Assembly (NCBI GenBank): GCA_052246995.1
Contig: JBQPWD010000003.1
Span: forward strand, 128,001 to 192,000
DNA length: 64,000 nucleotides
Origin: Candidatus Bathyarchaeota archaeon
GTDB lineage: Archaea > Thermoproteota > Bathyarchaeia > Hecatellales > Hecatellaceae
Reading direction: 5' to 3'
The stretch's first letter is position 1. Each line of letters begins with the position of its first letter. The notes below the pieces were generated by a model that did not search any database, was not told the origin of the DNA, and saw only the letters and a list, made by a program, of their open reading frames with translations. Positions 9,457 to 19,355 of this stretch are shown in pieces. The translations under genes were made by a program, and so were the position numbers.

Positions 9457-10709
9457 CTTACCCTCCTGCCATGGTAAGCATCTAAGAAAAGTTTTTTAGC
9501 GTCATCAATGCTTAGAGGTCTTGGAGAAAAAACAGTTGTAACGTCTTCTACAGCATATCTTGATAAAACCTCAAGTTTGTTTAAAAATTCTTTTTCATCG
9601 ACCTTTAAATCTGAAAGTTTGGTTGGAGCATCAATTTTCCTATAAAAATCTAGAAAAAGGTTTTCAAGTTTAACTAAAAAATCTTCATCATTTAAAGCCT
9701 CAATGTTAAGCTCCCTTGCAAGCTCAACACATCTGTCAGTAGTTTTAGAGTAGTACCCTACCATGTATGGAATAAATACCCCAACAGAGAAGCCGTGATG
9801 AATACCAAAAATTTTTCCAAAAGGATGTCCTAAAGCATGAGTTAAACTTGCACCTCCATTACTAAAAGCAATTCCAGCTATGGTTGCAGCCTTATGAACT
9901 TTAAATCTGGCCTCCTTATTATCAGGGTGTTCTAAAACTTTAGGTAACCATTCAAAAACAAGTTTAATGGCCTTAACCGCAAAAACTTCAGTAAACTCTG
10001 ATGCTGCTGGAGATATATATGAGTCAAAAGCATGGGCAAGAGCATCCAAGGCTGTGCCAATAGTTAGATTTCTAGGTAAATTTATAACCATATCCGGGTC
10101 TAAAACAGAAAAATCTGGTACCACCTCCGGATGCACAACTTCAGCTTTAAGCGGAGGCTTAAAACTGTTATCCGTAATAACAATTGCTGCTGTTGAATCT
10201 GAGCCTGTACCACTTGTGGTTGGGATAGCTAAAAGTAAAGCTTTTCTTCTCAGTAAAAGTGGAATAAATGGATTTACTTCTTTTAAGTTTATTTCAGGCC
10301 TCTCATAAAGTATCCACGCGGCTTTGGCAGTATCAATATGAGAACCACCTCCAACTGCAACTATAAGATCCGGTTGGAAATTTAACATTTCTTTAGCACA
10401 TTCAAAAATTTTTTCAAGAGGGTTTTCAAGCTCAACTTTATCCCAAACGTAAACCTGAAAACCATTAAGCTTTAAGATAGATTCAACTTTAAAGGTAAGA
10501 TGTTTAATGGTTTTATCTGTAACAATAAAAGCTTTTTTTCTTTCAAACATAGCTGAAGTTACTGTAATTAGAAAGTTTAAGCCAAAGGACCCCGTAAAAA
10601 TCCTTGGACAAATAAAAAGGCTTACAACTCCGGCAGCATCATAAGAAAAAGCTGCTTGGAAAAAGTATCTACCTTCAGGTTTATATAAACTCCATTTATC
10701 GGTTGACAT
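9450..10709 (-). CDS. Iron-containing alcohol dehydrogenase
   Basis: AVGGGSHID, IPTTSGTGS, DALAHAFD, LTHALGH, HG metal ligands. Confidence 0.92.
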   Translation of the reverse strand: MSTDKWSLYKPEGRYFFQAAFSYDAAGVVSLFICPRIFTGSFGLNFLITVTSAMFERKKAFIVTDKTIKHLTFKVESILKLNGFQVYVWDKVELENPLEKIFECAKEMLNFQPDLIVAVGGGSHIDTAKAAWILYERPEINLKEVNPFIPLLLRRKALLLAIPTTSGTGSDSTAAIVITDNSFKPPLKAEVVHPEVVPDFSVLDPDMVINLPRNLTIGTALDALAHAFDSYISPAASEFTEVFAVKAIKLVFEWLPKVLEHPDNKEARFKVHKAATIAGIAFSNGGASLTHALGHPFGKIFGIHHGFSVGVFIPYMVGYYSKTTDRCVELARELNIEALNDEDFLVKLENLFLDFYRKIDAPTKLSDLKVDEKEFLNKLEVLSRYAVEDVTTVFSPRPLSIDDAKKLFLDAYHGRRVRW

Positions 10710-10908
10710 TGTTATCTCAGGTTTACCTTGAAAACTTTAAGTTTAAAAACTTTACCTAAGAGATTTTATAAAAACTTTAAAACTGCGGGTAGATAAACAC
10801 CTTCTTTTTAAACGCTTTAACAATTAAACCTAATTTTAAGGTAAAGGTGAATGTAGATTGTTTAAACGCCAATTTTATCTGTTTTTCACGTAAATTTAAT
10901 TTAGGAGG

Positions 10909-12018
10909 TTAAAAAAGTGCAGAAATTTCTTTTCCTCTATCCGCTAGTAATTCTTTAATATATGTTTTATGGTCTGGGACTTCAGGAGTTTTATCCCTTT
11001 TTACAAGTTTAATAGCTTCCATTGGACATGTGGGCACACAAACACCACAACCAAGGCATCTCTCAACATTAACGTTTGCTGGCGTTTTATTAACTTTAAC
11101 TTTTACCGCCTTCATTGGACAACGAAGCATACAGATTCCGCATGCTATACATTTTGAAGTGTCAACTTCTGCATAATAACTTGAATAAGCTATTGCGTTA
11201 GGATAGCCTGTCTCATAAATTGCCCTAAAAAAGGCACAGCAATCATTACAACAGTTGCATATTGTGCTTATTGGCCCCCTACTTCTCTCAGTTGTATGAA
11301 CAAGCCCCTCCCTGTTGGCTTTTTTAAGAATTTCAACCGCTTCATCAGCACTTATCTTTCTTGCGTATCCATGTTCAACCATATATTCTGCTAGGGAGCC
11401 AAAGTGGAGACAGTTTTCAAGAGAGTGGCGACATCCTTCTCCAGTCATTTTTGCCATTATTCTACAAGGACAGTAGCCAACCGCATGGTAATCTCTTTCT
11501 TTTACAAGTTTCACAGCATCCTCATACGGTAAAACCTCAGATTTTTCAGATATTGTACCTCTTTCAGGTAATGCTCTAAGAATCGCCTTCTTTCTATTTC
11601 CTAATTCATCAAGAAAACCCTCTTTCCTATACCTTTGCCATAGTGGCGCTAACTTTTTTTGTCTTGGATCTTTTTCAGGTCCAGGCAAAAAAGGCATTTC
11701 CGCAAAACCTACAATCACAGGGAAGAGGTGATAGTAGATTTCACCATTTTTCTTTCCCTTCCACACTGTTCCCTTTTTTGCCATTTCATCAAGAACTTTT
11801 TTTACATAGTCAAGTTTTTTCCCAGTTTTTTCAGCTAACATTTCAGCTGTAAACCTAACAAATGGCATGTGAATTGCTATTTTTGCCTCCTCTTCATCAA
11901 ACAAAACTTTTAATATTTCCCTTTCAACTCCACTTACGGTTTTAGGAAATCCTACAGGAGCTTTGTTAAGTTTTTCTCTTAACTTCTCGTAAACCTCTAA
12001 ATGATGTGAGGTATGCAT
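10909..12018 (-). CDS. Fe-S protein with C-terminal 2x[4Fe-4S] ferredoxin domain
   Basis: CPCR, ICNCCNDCC, CIACGICMLRCP, CLGCGVCVPTCP. Confidence 0.85.
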   Translation of the reverse strand: MHTSHHLEVYEKLREKLNKAPVGFPKTVSGVEREILKVLFDEEEAKIAIHMPFVRFTAEMLAEKTGKKLDYVKKVLDEMAKKGTVWKGKKNGEIYYHLFPVIVGFAEMPFLPGPEKDPRQKKLAPLWQRYRKEGFLDELGNRKKAILRALPERGTISEKSEVLPYEDAVKLVKERDYHAVGYCPCRIMAKMTGEGCRHSLENCLHFGSLAEYMVEHGYARKISADEAVEILKKANREGLVHTTERSRGPISTICNCCNDCCAFFRAIYETGYPNAIAYSSYYAEVDTSKCIACGICMLRCPMKAVKVKVNKTPANVNVERCLGCGVCVPTCPMEAIKLVKRDKTPEVPDHKTYIKELLADRGKEISALF

Positions 12019-12110
12019 TCTTTACACCTTCTTTTACTTTAAATACTATGTTTTTTATTTAAAAATACAATACAGAGTAAGTTACTTACCCCTTAAAAAG
12101 GTTAGTTAAG

Positions 12111-12971
12111 TTATTTTTTTCCTAAAATTTTTTCAACTTCATTTACTATTTTCGGTAAAATTTCGCCACATCTACCTTCAATAATGTAATCCGACACTAC
12201 CCCTGTTAACGGTGTAGGTTCAGCATTAATCTCAATAACTTTTGCTCCACGCTCAAAATCGCCTCTCCTAATTATCTCACTAAGACTAAAAAACATAGAA
12301 GGCCATACAGAAAAGTTTAAGCGGGTTTTTGCAATTAAAGGTAATCCTGCTGCAGGGTAAACTACAGCTGATGTTCCCGCAACAATCATCAAATCACAAG
12401 TTTTAGCCTCCTCCTCAGCTTTAATAAGAGCATCAACAGGTATTGGTTCCTCAAAAAATACACAGTCAGGTTTAAGTATAGAATTACATAATTGGCATCT
12501 TGGTGGGATTTCTCCACCTCTAACCTTTTTTTCAACCTCCGCTAAAGGATATTTTACATTACACCCAATACATTTAGCCCATTTAAGGTTTCCATGAAAC
12601 TCTATAACATTTTTACTGCCAGCTTCCTGGTGTAACCCGTCAACATTTTGAGTTATAACACATCTCAATAAACCTAGTTCTTCAAGCTTAGCTAGAGCAT
12701 AATGAGCAGGATTAGGCTTAGGTATAAAGTTAAATATTTCACTATTAAGCCTAACCATTACCTCCCAAACTTCGTCAGGATTTCTAAGAAACCTGCTGTA
12801 AGTAAAAAGGCTTGGATCATATTTTTTCCAGATACCGTGAGGTCCTCTAAAATCTGGAATACCGCTTTCAGTTGAAATTCCCGCACCTGTCAATGCAACA
12901 CTTTTCCTAGAGGAAACAATATCTTCCGCAGCTTTTTTAATCAAATCTTCCTTACTCATATATAATTTCAC
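12111..12971 (-). CDS. cobB: NAD-dependent protein deacylase (sirtuin)
   Basis: TGAGISTESGIPDFRG, ITQNVDGLH, HG, Zn-binding Cys pairs, GTSAVVYPAA; 24-aa insertion. Confidence 0.93.
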   Translation of the reverse strand: MKLYMSKEDLIKKAAEDIVSSRKSVALTGAGISTESGIPDFRGPHGIWKKYDPSLFTYSRFLRNPDEVWEVMVRLNSEIFNFIPKPNPAHYALAKLEELGLLRCVITQNVDGLHQEAGSKNVIEFHGNLKWAKCIGCNVKYPLAEVEKKVRGGEIPPRCQLCNSILKPDCVFFEEPIPVDALIKAEEEAKTCDLMIVAGTSAVVYPAAGLPLIAKTRLNFSVWPSMFFSLSEIIRRGDFERGAKVIEINAEPTPLTGVVSDYIIEGRCGEILPKIVNEVEKILGKK

Positions 12972-13031
12972 TAAAGATGGGCTATTTTTATATGAATCAA
13001 TAAATTATTATGCATCCATAAGATTTAAATT

Positions 13032-13568
13032 TTAAAACTCGTAACCCAAAGCACTAATCACGTCTTTATGAAGATTTTTTAACCTTCCAATCGCAGGATG
13101 ATTTTTTCCTAACTTTCTTTCAAATTCTTTAACACAATCATTAAACTCCACAACTCTACCATTTTTAACTCTTTTGTCAGCATAGGCGACAATCTTCTCT
13201 TCAATAGTTTCCAGCAGAAAACTTTTCCTAGGTAAACCATACTTTACAGTTTCCTCTTCAGGTATACCCGCACCCACATGCCTCTCTATAATGTTTACTA
13301 GGGAGCTAGGAAGGTTAAGTTTCCTAGCAATTTCTCCTCCAGCATAACCGTGCAAAATTGAACGTGTTTTAATTTTTCCAATATCGTGTAAGAGTGCTCC
13401 AACTTCAACAAGCTTTACATCAACATTGATTAAACCTCTTTCCACAATCTTTTTGGCTATTTCTACGGCTAAATCTGCAACAAGCTTTGAATGTTTTACA
13501 AGATTTTCTGGACAACCCATATTTTTAAGAATCTTTTCAGCTTCAACCCTAGATGGTAGATCATTCAT
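13032..13568 (-). CDS. HD-domain (HDIG) phosphohydrolase
   Basis: LLHDIGK, ERHVGAG, EEKIVAYADK. Confidence 0.9.
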   Translation of the reverse strand: MNDLPSRVEAEKILKNMGCPENLVKHSKLVADLAVEIAKKIVERGLINVDVKLVEVGALLHDIGKIKTRSILHGYAGGEIARKLNLPSSLVNIIERHVGAGIPEEETVKYGLPRKSFLLETIEEKIVAYADKRVKNGRVVEFNDCVKEFERKLGKNHPAIGRLKNLHKDVISALGYEF

Positions 13569-14070
13569 GCTCTAATTCTTCCTCTAACTCTCTAACCTTT
13601 TTTTCTAAAGCTTCTACAATCTTTAAATTATCAAAATGTTTTAGGGAAGTTGAACAGGTTGGACATTTAAAAATGTTTTCCATAGCTTCTTCAAAAGTAA
13701 ACCTTCCATGGCCACTTTCACAGTAAAAGAAATCATGAGTTTTTTCAATTTCAAGTCTAGCTTTAAGTTTTTCAAGTGTTCTTTTCTTTTGAGTTCTTAT
13801 TAAACTTTTAAGCTGATCTTTTTGAAGAACCCAGTAAAACGTCATCCACCCGGTGTTCTTATCTTGAACTGTTTCTGATGAAACTATGGAAAAATTATGG
13901 AGTTTGAAAAGGATTTTTCTTACTTCTGTTAACTTAACTCCTGTGGATTTTACAAGCTCCTCCTCAGTAATTTTTTCCCTTTTTTTAAGTTCATTAACAA
14001 TTTTTACCGCAGCCTCGCCACCAATTTTCTCAACAACCTTGTCAAGCAGCACAGTCTCTTTTTTATCCAA
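13561..14070 (-). CDS. tfe: Transcription factor E (TFIIE alpha)
   Basis: Winged helix (VRKILFKL, TGWMTFYW) plus Zn ribbon (FTFEEAME..FKCPTC). Confidence 0.93.
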   Translation of the reverse strand: MDKKETVLLDKVVEKIGGEAAVKIVNELKKREKITEEELVKSTGVKLTEVRKILFKLHNFSIVSSETVQDKNTGWMTFYWVLQKDQLKSLIRTQKKRTLEKLKARLEIEKTHDFFYCESGHGRFTFEEAMENIFKCPTCSTSLKHFDNLKIVEALEKKVRELEEELEHE

Positions 14071-14241
14071 TGTTCATCAGCCTTAGATTTTTTAGGCTTC
14101 TTCTGTAATAATCAATAATGATTTATTTATTGGGTGATTTAAAGTTTAAAAGTTTTTATTCAAAAAGCTAATTTGTTAACCTTTGAAGCTACTAAGAAAG
14201 GTTTAAGGGTCAGCTTTACCCTTTCTTTTTTGTGCTGAAAA

Positions 14242-14580
14242 ATGGAGAAGCATAAAACCGATTACATAACTATTGAGGAATTTAATAGGGTAGACTTAAG
14301 AGTTGGTAAAGTTATAAAAGCTTCAAAGATTAAAGATTCAACAAAGCTAATTTTACTTGAGGTTGACATTGGTGGTGAAGTTAGACAACTTGTTGCAGGC
14401 TTGGCAGAATACTACCCTCCAGAATATTTTCTTGGTAAAAATGTTGTTGTGGTTGTAAATCTTGCACCAAAAAAGATTCGTGGAATTGAATCCCGAGGGA
14501 TGATATTAGCAGCAGTAAACGACAAACCTTATCTTGTAACGGTTGAGGAAGGCGCTCCTCCAGGCTTAAAGATAACTTAA
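14242..14580 (+). CDS. tRNA-binding OB-fold protein (Trbp111/MetRS C-terminal-like)
   Basis: DLRVGKV, RQLVAGL, VVNLAPKKIRGIESRGMILA. Confidence 0.9.
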   Translation: MEKHKTDYITIEEFNRVDLRVGKVIKASKIKDSTKLILLEVDIGGEVRQLVAGLAEYYPPEYFLGKNVVVVVNLAPKKIRGIESRGMILAAVNDKPYLVTVEEGAPPGLKIT

Positions 14581-14686
14581 AAACTAATTTTTATTTCGCT
14601 TTTACCTTACCTAAATTATTTTTACAATCAAATTTGATAAGAAAGCCTAGGTTTTAACCCTTGGAACGGGTGGTTGGTAAGTTTAA

Positions 14687-14824
14687 ATGTTAAAGGCTGT
14701 TTTCCTTTTGAGCCTATCATTCATTGGCATGCTTACATGGATTGTGGGTTGTACGCTCATGGCAGGGGTTAACCTGACACAGCCAAAAACTTGGTATAAT
14801 GAAACCATAATAATTAAAATGTGA
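14687..14824 (+). CDS. Putative 45-aa single-pass membrane or secreted microprotein
   Basis: MLKAVFLLSLSFIGMLTWIVGCTLMAGVNLTQPKTWYNETIIIKM; G-rich stretch upstream; fills the intergenic gap. Confidence 0.4.
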   Translation: MLKAVFLLSLSFIGMLTWIVGCTLMAGVNLTQPKTWYNETIIIKM

Positions 14825-14856
14825 ATTCCCAGCTTTAGTCATGGAGAGCGTCAAGT

Positions 14857-15399
14857 ATGAGGGTTGTAGTTTTACGCTGGGGTCATAGGCTTGAAAGGGA
14901 TAAAAGGTTAACTTCACATGTAGCTTTAGTTGCACGTGCACTTGGTGCTGATGGTATGATTTTGTCTGACGTTAAGGATGAATCCATTAAAAGAACTGTT
15001 GAAAAAGTTGTAAAATTCTGGGGCGGCCCCTTCTTTTTTGAAATGGGAACACCTTGGAGGGAAGTTGTTAAAAAATGGAGAAGTGAAGGGGGGGTTGTTG
15101 TGCATCTTACTGCTTATGGAGAAAACATTGGTTGTAGTGACGTTATGGAGAGAATTAAAACTACAGGTAAAGATATTTTAGTAATTGTTGGAAGCCAAAA
15201 AGTTCCAAGAGAATTTTTTTCTGAAGATGTTTCTGATTTTAATGTTGCTGTCGGTAACCAACCTCACTCTGAATGTGCAAGTTTAGCTGTTTTTCTTGAT
15301 AGACTTTTTGAAGGTAAAGAATTGGTAAAAGAGTTTAAAAACGCAAAACTTAAGATTAAACCAACACCTCGTGGTAAACAGATTATTAAACTTTTATAA
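14857..15399 (+). CDS. trm56: tRNA (cytidine(56)-2'-O)-methyltransferase
   Basis: [42 protein letters not shown]. Confidence 0.95.
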   Translation: MRVVVLRWGHRLERDKRLTSHVALVARALGADGMILSDVKDESIKRTVEKVVKFWGGPFFFEMGTPWREVVKKWRSEGGVVVHLTAYGENIGCSDVMERIKTTGKDILVIVGSQKVPREFFSEDVSDFNVAVGNQPHSECASLAVFLDRLFEGKELVKEFKNAKLKIKPTPRGKQIIKLL

Positions 15400-16687
15400 C
15401 TTCAATTACACGTCCACCAAGACTTTCAACCCTACCTAAAATTTTATCTGCAAAGTGTTCTGTAGATTTAACGTCAACAAGTATTAAGTTTTCATGAAAA
15501 TCTTGACTAATCACTGTAGAAAACTTCCTTATTTTTGAGAGAAGCGAAAGAGATTCAGAGTTTAATGGTAGTTGTAGGGATAATTGAATAAAGTTTTTTA
15601 GGTTGTTAGCAACAGCTTCTTTTAAACTTTCAATGTTAACTTTTTTAAGTGCACTTATTGGAACAATGTTTGAAGCCATACCAGCCATGCTTTCCATAAC
15701 CCTCCTAACTTTTGCCTCGCTAATAAGGTCTATCTTATTTAAGGCAGTTACAATTGGTATTCCAACAGCTCCAATTTCACTTAAAACATTTAAGCAACAT
15801 GTAGTTTTTCTTTGAACTTCTTCAACGTCCTCGCTACAATCAACAACTAGTATAATAAGGTTTGAACAAATTGTTTCTTCAAGAGTTGATTTAAACGCCT
15901 CAATCAACGTTAAAGGTAAGCCGTCAATAAACCCTACAGTATCTATAAGTAACGCCTTTTTACCATCAAAGTCTGTAGCCGAAATCTTTGTTGAAAGTGT
16001 TGTAAAAATGCTGTTTGAAACTTTAACTTTTTCACCCGTAAGAGTGTTAAAAAGTGTACTTTTTCCAGCAGCAGTGTAGCCGCAAAGTGAAACCAACGGA
16101 AAACCTAAATTAACTCTTAAGGTACGCTTAATCTTCCTTTCAACTCTAATTTTTTGAAGTTCATTTTCAATACTTGAAATTCTTCTTCTTATAGCTTCAT
16201 AGTAAACATCGGCTTCATACTTTCCAAGTCCATGAAATCCTGGTTGCTCACCAAGTTTTGCAAGTCTAACTTTTTCCTTTGCTCTTGTAAGTTCATATTT
16301 AAGTTTTGCAAGCTCTATTTGAAGTTTTGCCTCTTTTGTTGATGCATGTTTGTTAAAAACTTCAAGAATAAGCTGAAACTTGTCTATAACCTCAACACCA
16401 GTTTTTTTAGCAAGGTTGTAAGCTTGAATAGGTTTAAGCTCATTTTCAAATATCACCTTTTCAGCAGATGTTTCCTTAACAATTTTTGCAAGTTCCTCAA
16501 CCTTACCACTACCAATCTGGTACTTTGAGCTTGGATACCTAACTTGACTTAAGCATCCAACAACTTCATACCCGACTGTTTCAGCTAAAATTTTAAGTTC
16601 ATGTAAAAGACTTTTTTCCTCTGGAAGCCTACGTTCCACCAGAACTGCTTTCAGTCTTCCCACCTTTTCTGCCCTTACCCTCTCCAA
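15386..16687 (-). CDS. hflX: GTPase HflX
   Basis: [27 protein letters not shown]; true start may be CTG 16654. Confidence 0.94.
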   Translation of the reverse strand: MERVRAEKVGRLKAVLVERRLPEEKSLLHELKILAETVGYEVVGCLSQVRYPSSKYQIGSGKVEELAKIVKETSAEKVIFENELKPIQAYNLAKKTGVEVIDKFQLILEVFNKHASTKEAKLQIELAKLKYELTRAKEKVRLAKLGEQPGFHGLGKYEADVYYEAIRRRISSIENELQKIRVERKIKRTLRVNLGFPLVSLCGYTAAGKSTLFNTLTGEKVKVSNSIFTTLSTKISATDFDGKKALLIDTVGFIDGLPLTLIEAFKSTLEETICSNLIILVVDCSEDVEEVQRKTTCCLNVLSEIGAVGIPIVTALNKIDLISEAKVRRVMESMAGMASNIVPISALKKVNIESLKEAVANNLKNFIQLSLQLPLNSESLSLLSKIRKFSTVISQDFHENLILVDVKSTEHFADKILGRVESLGGRVIEVIKV

Positions 16688-17174
16688 GGCTTATTGAAAC
16701 TACATCGCCTATTGTTAACCTTTCATCCAATTTAGGCTTAAACTCCTCTATTTTTAAAGGTTGAGGAGCTTTGGTTGTAAGCTTAATTTTAAGTACATGC
16801 TCCAACCTTTTGATTGTAGCTAAATCTGGAACAACTCTACCAGTTTCAATTTTACTTACAAATGATGCTTTTTCATTCATTTTTGACGCTAAATCCTCCT
16901 GAGACCAGCCAAGTTTTTCCCTCGCATTTTTAATTCTTAAACCATAATCCTCAACTAAAACAAGGTCCTCATCAAGGCCTGTTTGAGCTTCACTGATTCT
17001 TTTAGCAGTTGGAGGTTTGACCTCAGATTTTTTAACGGTTTTTTCCAATGTTGCTGGTGAACCGTATCCTGAACATTCTTCGCATGTTATAAGTTTTGCA
17101 CCTTCAATTATTATATTATGTATTTTTCCCTGAATTGGTTTTCCACAAACTTCACAACGCATAAAGCATACCAT
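16629..17174 (-). CDS. mbf1: Archaeal multiprotein bridging factor 1
   Basis: CEVCG..CEEC Zn ribbon plus HTH (IKNAREKLGWSQEDLA), TIGD motif; adjacent to hflX. Confidence 0.92.
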   Translation of the reverse strand: MVCFMRCEVCGKPIQGKIHNIIIEGAKLITCEECSGYGSPATLEKTVKKSEVKPPTAKRISEAQTGLDEDLVLVEDYGLRIKNAREKLGWSQEDLASKMNEKASFVSKIETGRVVPDLATIKRLEHVLKIKLTTKAPQPLKIEEFKPKLDERLTIGDVVSISLGEGKGRKGGKTESSSGGT

Positions 17175-17250
17175 TAAATCCTTATTCTTCCCTGTTATAT
17201 TTTAAATTGGGTAACATTAAATTTAAGGTTTAACCTTATAGAGTGTTTTT

Positions 17251-18390
17251 ATGAATTTTGACTTCATGGTTACAACTATTAATGGTTTTGAAGATGTTGC
17301 CGCGAAAGAGGTTCAGGATATTTTAGGTGTTGAAGTTAAACTTGATGTTGGAAAAATCTTCTTCAACTCAAATGTTAATGCTATTTACATGTTAAACCTT
17401 GATGGTAGGTGTATTCACAAAGTTTTCATTGTTTTAGGTGTTTTAAAGTTTAAAAATCTAGATGAGATTTACCGTGAGACTAGAAGGATAGATTATGGGT
17501 GGATTATAGGTTCAAACCAGTCTTTTGCTGTTAGAGCTGAAAGACATGGCTACCACAACTTTACAAGTCTTGATGTTGCAGCTGTTGTAGGTAAAGCAAT
17601 TATAGAAAGTTTTCTAGAGGCGTATAATGTAAGGTTAAAAGTTAACCTTAAAAATCCAGATGTAGAATTTTATGCTTTTGTTAAGAACTCAACTCTCATT
17701 TTAAGTGTAAATACTACAGGAGAATCTTTACATAAACGTGGCTACAGAGTTTATAACCATCCGGCAGCATTAAAAACCAGCTTAGCATGCTGTCTTGTAA
17801 GGTATAGTGGTTGGAGATTTAATCAAACCCTTTTAGACCCTATGTGCGGTGGCGGGACAATACCTATAGAAGCTGTTTTAATGGCTAAGCGGAAACCGTT
17901 AAACAGCTTTAGACATGAGTTTGCATTTTTTAAGCTAAAATTTTTTAACAAAGAAGAATACGAAAAAATTTGTGAAAAGTTTAGTGAAAAAAGGGTTGAA
18001 AAGTTAAAAGTTTACGGTATTGATGTTTCCAGTAAACACTTAAATGGTGCAATAATGAATGCTAGGTCTGCTGGTGTTTATGATGATGTAGTTTTTATTC
18101 TTGGTGATGCTAGAAAACTGGGAAGATATGTTAATTTTAAACCTGAATACATTATAGTCAACCCTCCGTATGGTATAAGAAGCTTAAGAAAAGAGGCTGT
18201 AAAAAAACTTTACAGGGATCTTCTTCTCTCCATAAAAGAAATCTCAGAAAACACAATATTAACCCTGATTACTGGTGCATGGAATGAATTTAAAGCTGTC
18301 TTAAAAGAGCTTAACATTCAGGATGTTGAAGAAAAAATTGTTATGCATGGAAATCTTCTAACAAAAGTTTTTAAATGTAGAATTTCTTAA
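17251..18390 (+). CDS. trm14: THUMP-domain tRNA (guanine(6)-N2)-methyltransferase
   Basis: THUMP region, SLHKRGYR..HPAAL, DPMCGGGTI, NPPYG. Confidence 0.85.
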   Translation: MNFDFMVTTINGFEDVAAKEVQDILGVEVKLDVGKIFFNSNVNAIYMLNLDGRCIHKVFIVLGVLKFKNLDEIYRETRRIDYGWIIGSNQSFAVRAERHGYHNFTSLDVAAVVGKAIIESFLEAYNVRLKVNLKNPDVEFYAFVKNSTLILSVNTTGESLHKRGYRVYNHPAALKTSLACCLVRYSGWRFNQTLLDPMCGGGTIPIEAVLMAKRKPLNSFRHEFAFFKLKFFNKEEYEKICEKFSEKRVEKLKVYGIDVSSKHLNGAIMNARSAGVYDDVVFILGDARKLGRYVNFKPEYIIVNPPYGIRSLRKEAVKKLYRDLLLSIKEISENTILTLITGAWNEFKAVLKELNIQDVEEKIVMHGNLLTKVFKCRIS

Positions 18391-18438
18391 ATTCAAGTTT
18401 TTATTAGTATTGTTAGAATTAGAGAGACGAGGTACTAA

Positions 18439-19260
18439 ATGAATCTTAAAAAATTGATAAATAACCTTACCGAGGAAATCAGGAAAAAGGAAAGCGTTAT
18501 TGTAGCTTTCTCTGGTGGTGTTGATTCTTCCGTTGCTGCTGCACTATCCTATAGAGCGTTAAAAAATAAGGCTTTAGCTGTAACCATTAACTCTCCACTT
18601 CTTTCACGTGGAGAACTTGCAAACGCAAAAAAAGTTGCAAAGGAGATAGGTATAAACCATTTAGTGGTTACGTTAAACGAACTTAAACTAAAAAATTTCG
18701 TTAAAAATCCGCCAAACCGCTGTTACATCTGTAAAAGGTTTCGTTTAAAGTTTCTTAAGAAGATAGCAGCAAAAAAAGGTTTTAACGTTGTTATAGATGG
18801 AACAAATTTTAATGATACTGGTGAGTACAGACCTGGGCTTCTGGCTTTGAAGGAGGAAAACGTTTATACTCCATTTTTGGAGTATGGTTTAGGAAAAATG
18901 TTAATTAGAAAAATCGCGAAAAATCTTAACTTATCAGTTTACAATAAACCTCCAAGCGCATGTCTAGCTTCAAGATTTCCCTACGGAGTTAGGTTAAGCT
19001 TAGATGGGTTAAAACGTGTTGATGAAGCTGAATCATACATTAAAGCTAAATTAGGATTAAATGTTGTTAGAGTTAGGGATCATGGCGAGCTTGCTCGGGT
19101 AGAGATTGAAAGAAAAGATTACAAGGTAGTTTTATGTAACAAAAACTTAGATAACATCATCAGAAAGTTAAGAAAACTTGGCTTTAAATTTGTAACCCTA
19201 GACTTGGAAGGTTATAGGTCAGGAAGTTTTGACTACCAACTTAAAGATAAAAAAACCTAA
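18439..19260 (+). CDS. larE: LarE-like ATP-dependent sulfur transferase (PP-loop)
   Basis: AFSGGVDSS, RCYICK, RPGL, ACLASRFPYG, DLEGYRSGS. Confidence 0.88.
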   Translation: MNLKKLINNLTEEIRKKESVIVAFSGGVDSSVAAALSYRALKNKALAVTINSPLLSRGELANAKKVAKEIGINHLVVTLNELKLKNFVKNPPNRCYICKRFRLKFLKKIAAKKGFNVVIDGTNFNDTGEYRPGLLALKEENVYTPFLEYGLGKMLIRKIAKNLNLSVYNKPPSACLASRFPYGVRLSLDGLKRVDEAESYIKAKLGLNVVRVRDHGELARVEIERKDYKVVLCNKNLDNIIRKLRKLGFKFVTLDLEGYRSGSFDYQLKDKKT

Positions 19261-19355
19261 AAAGCAGATCTTATATTTACCTTTTAGGTTTCAATTCTTT
19301 AATGTTTTTAACACGGTGAAATTTTTTACTTATTAATTCTCATCAACATTTAGGG

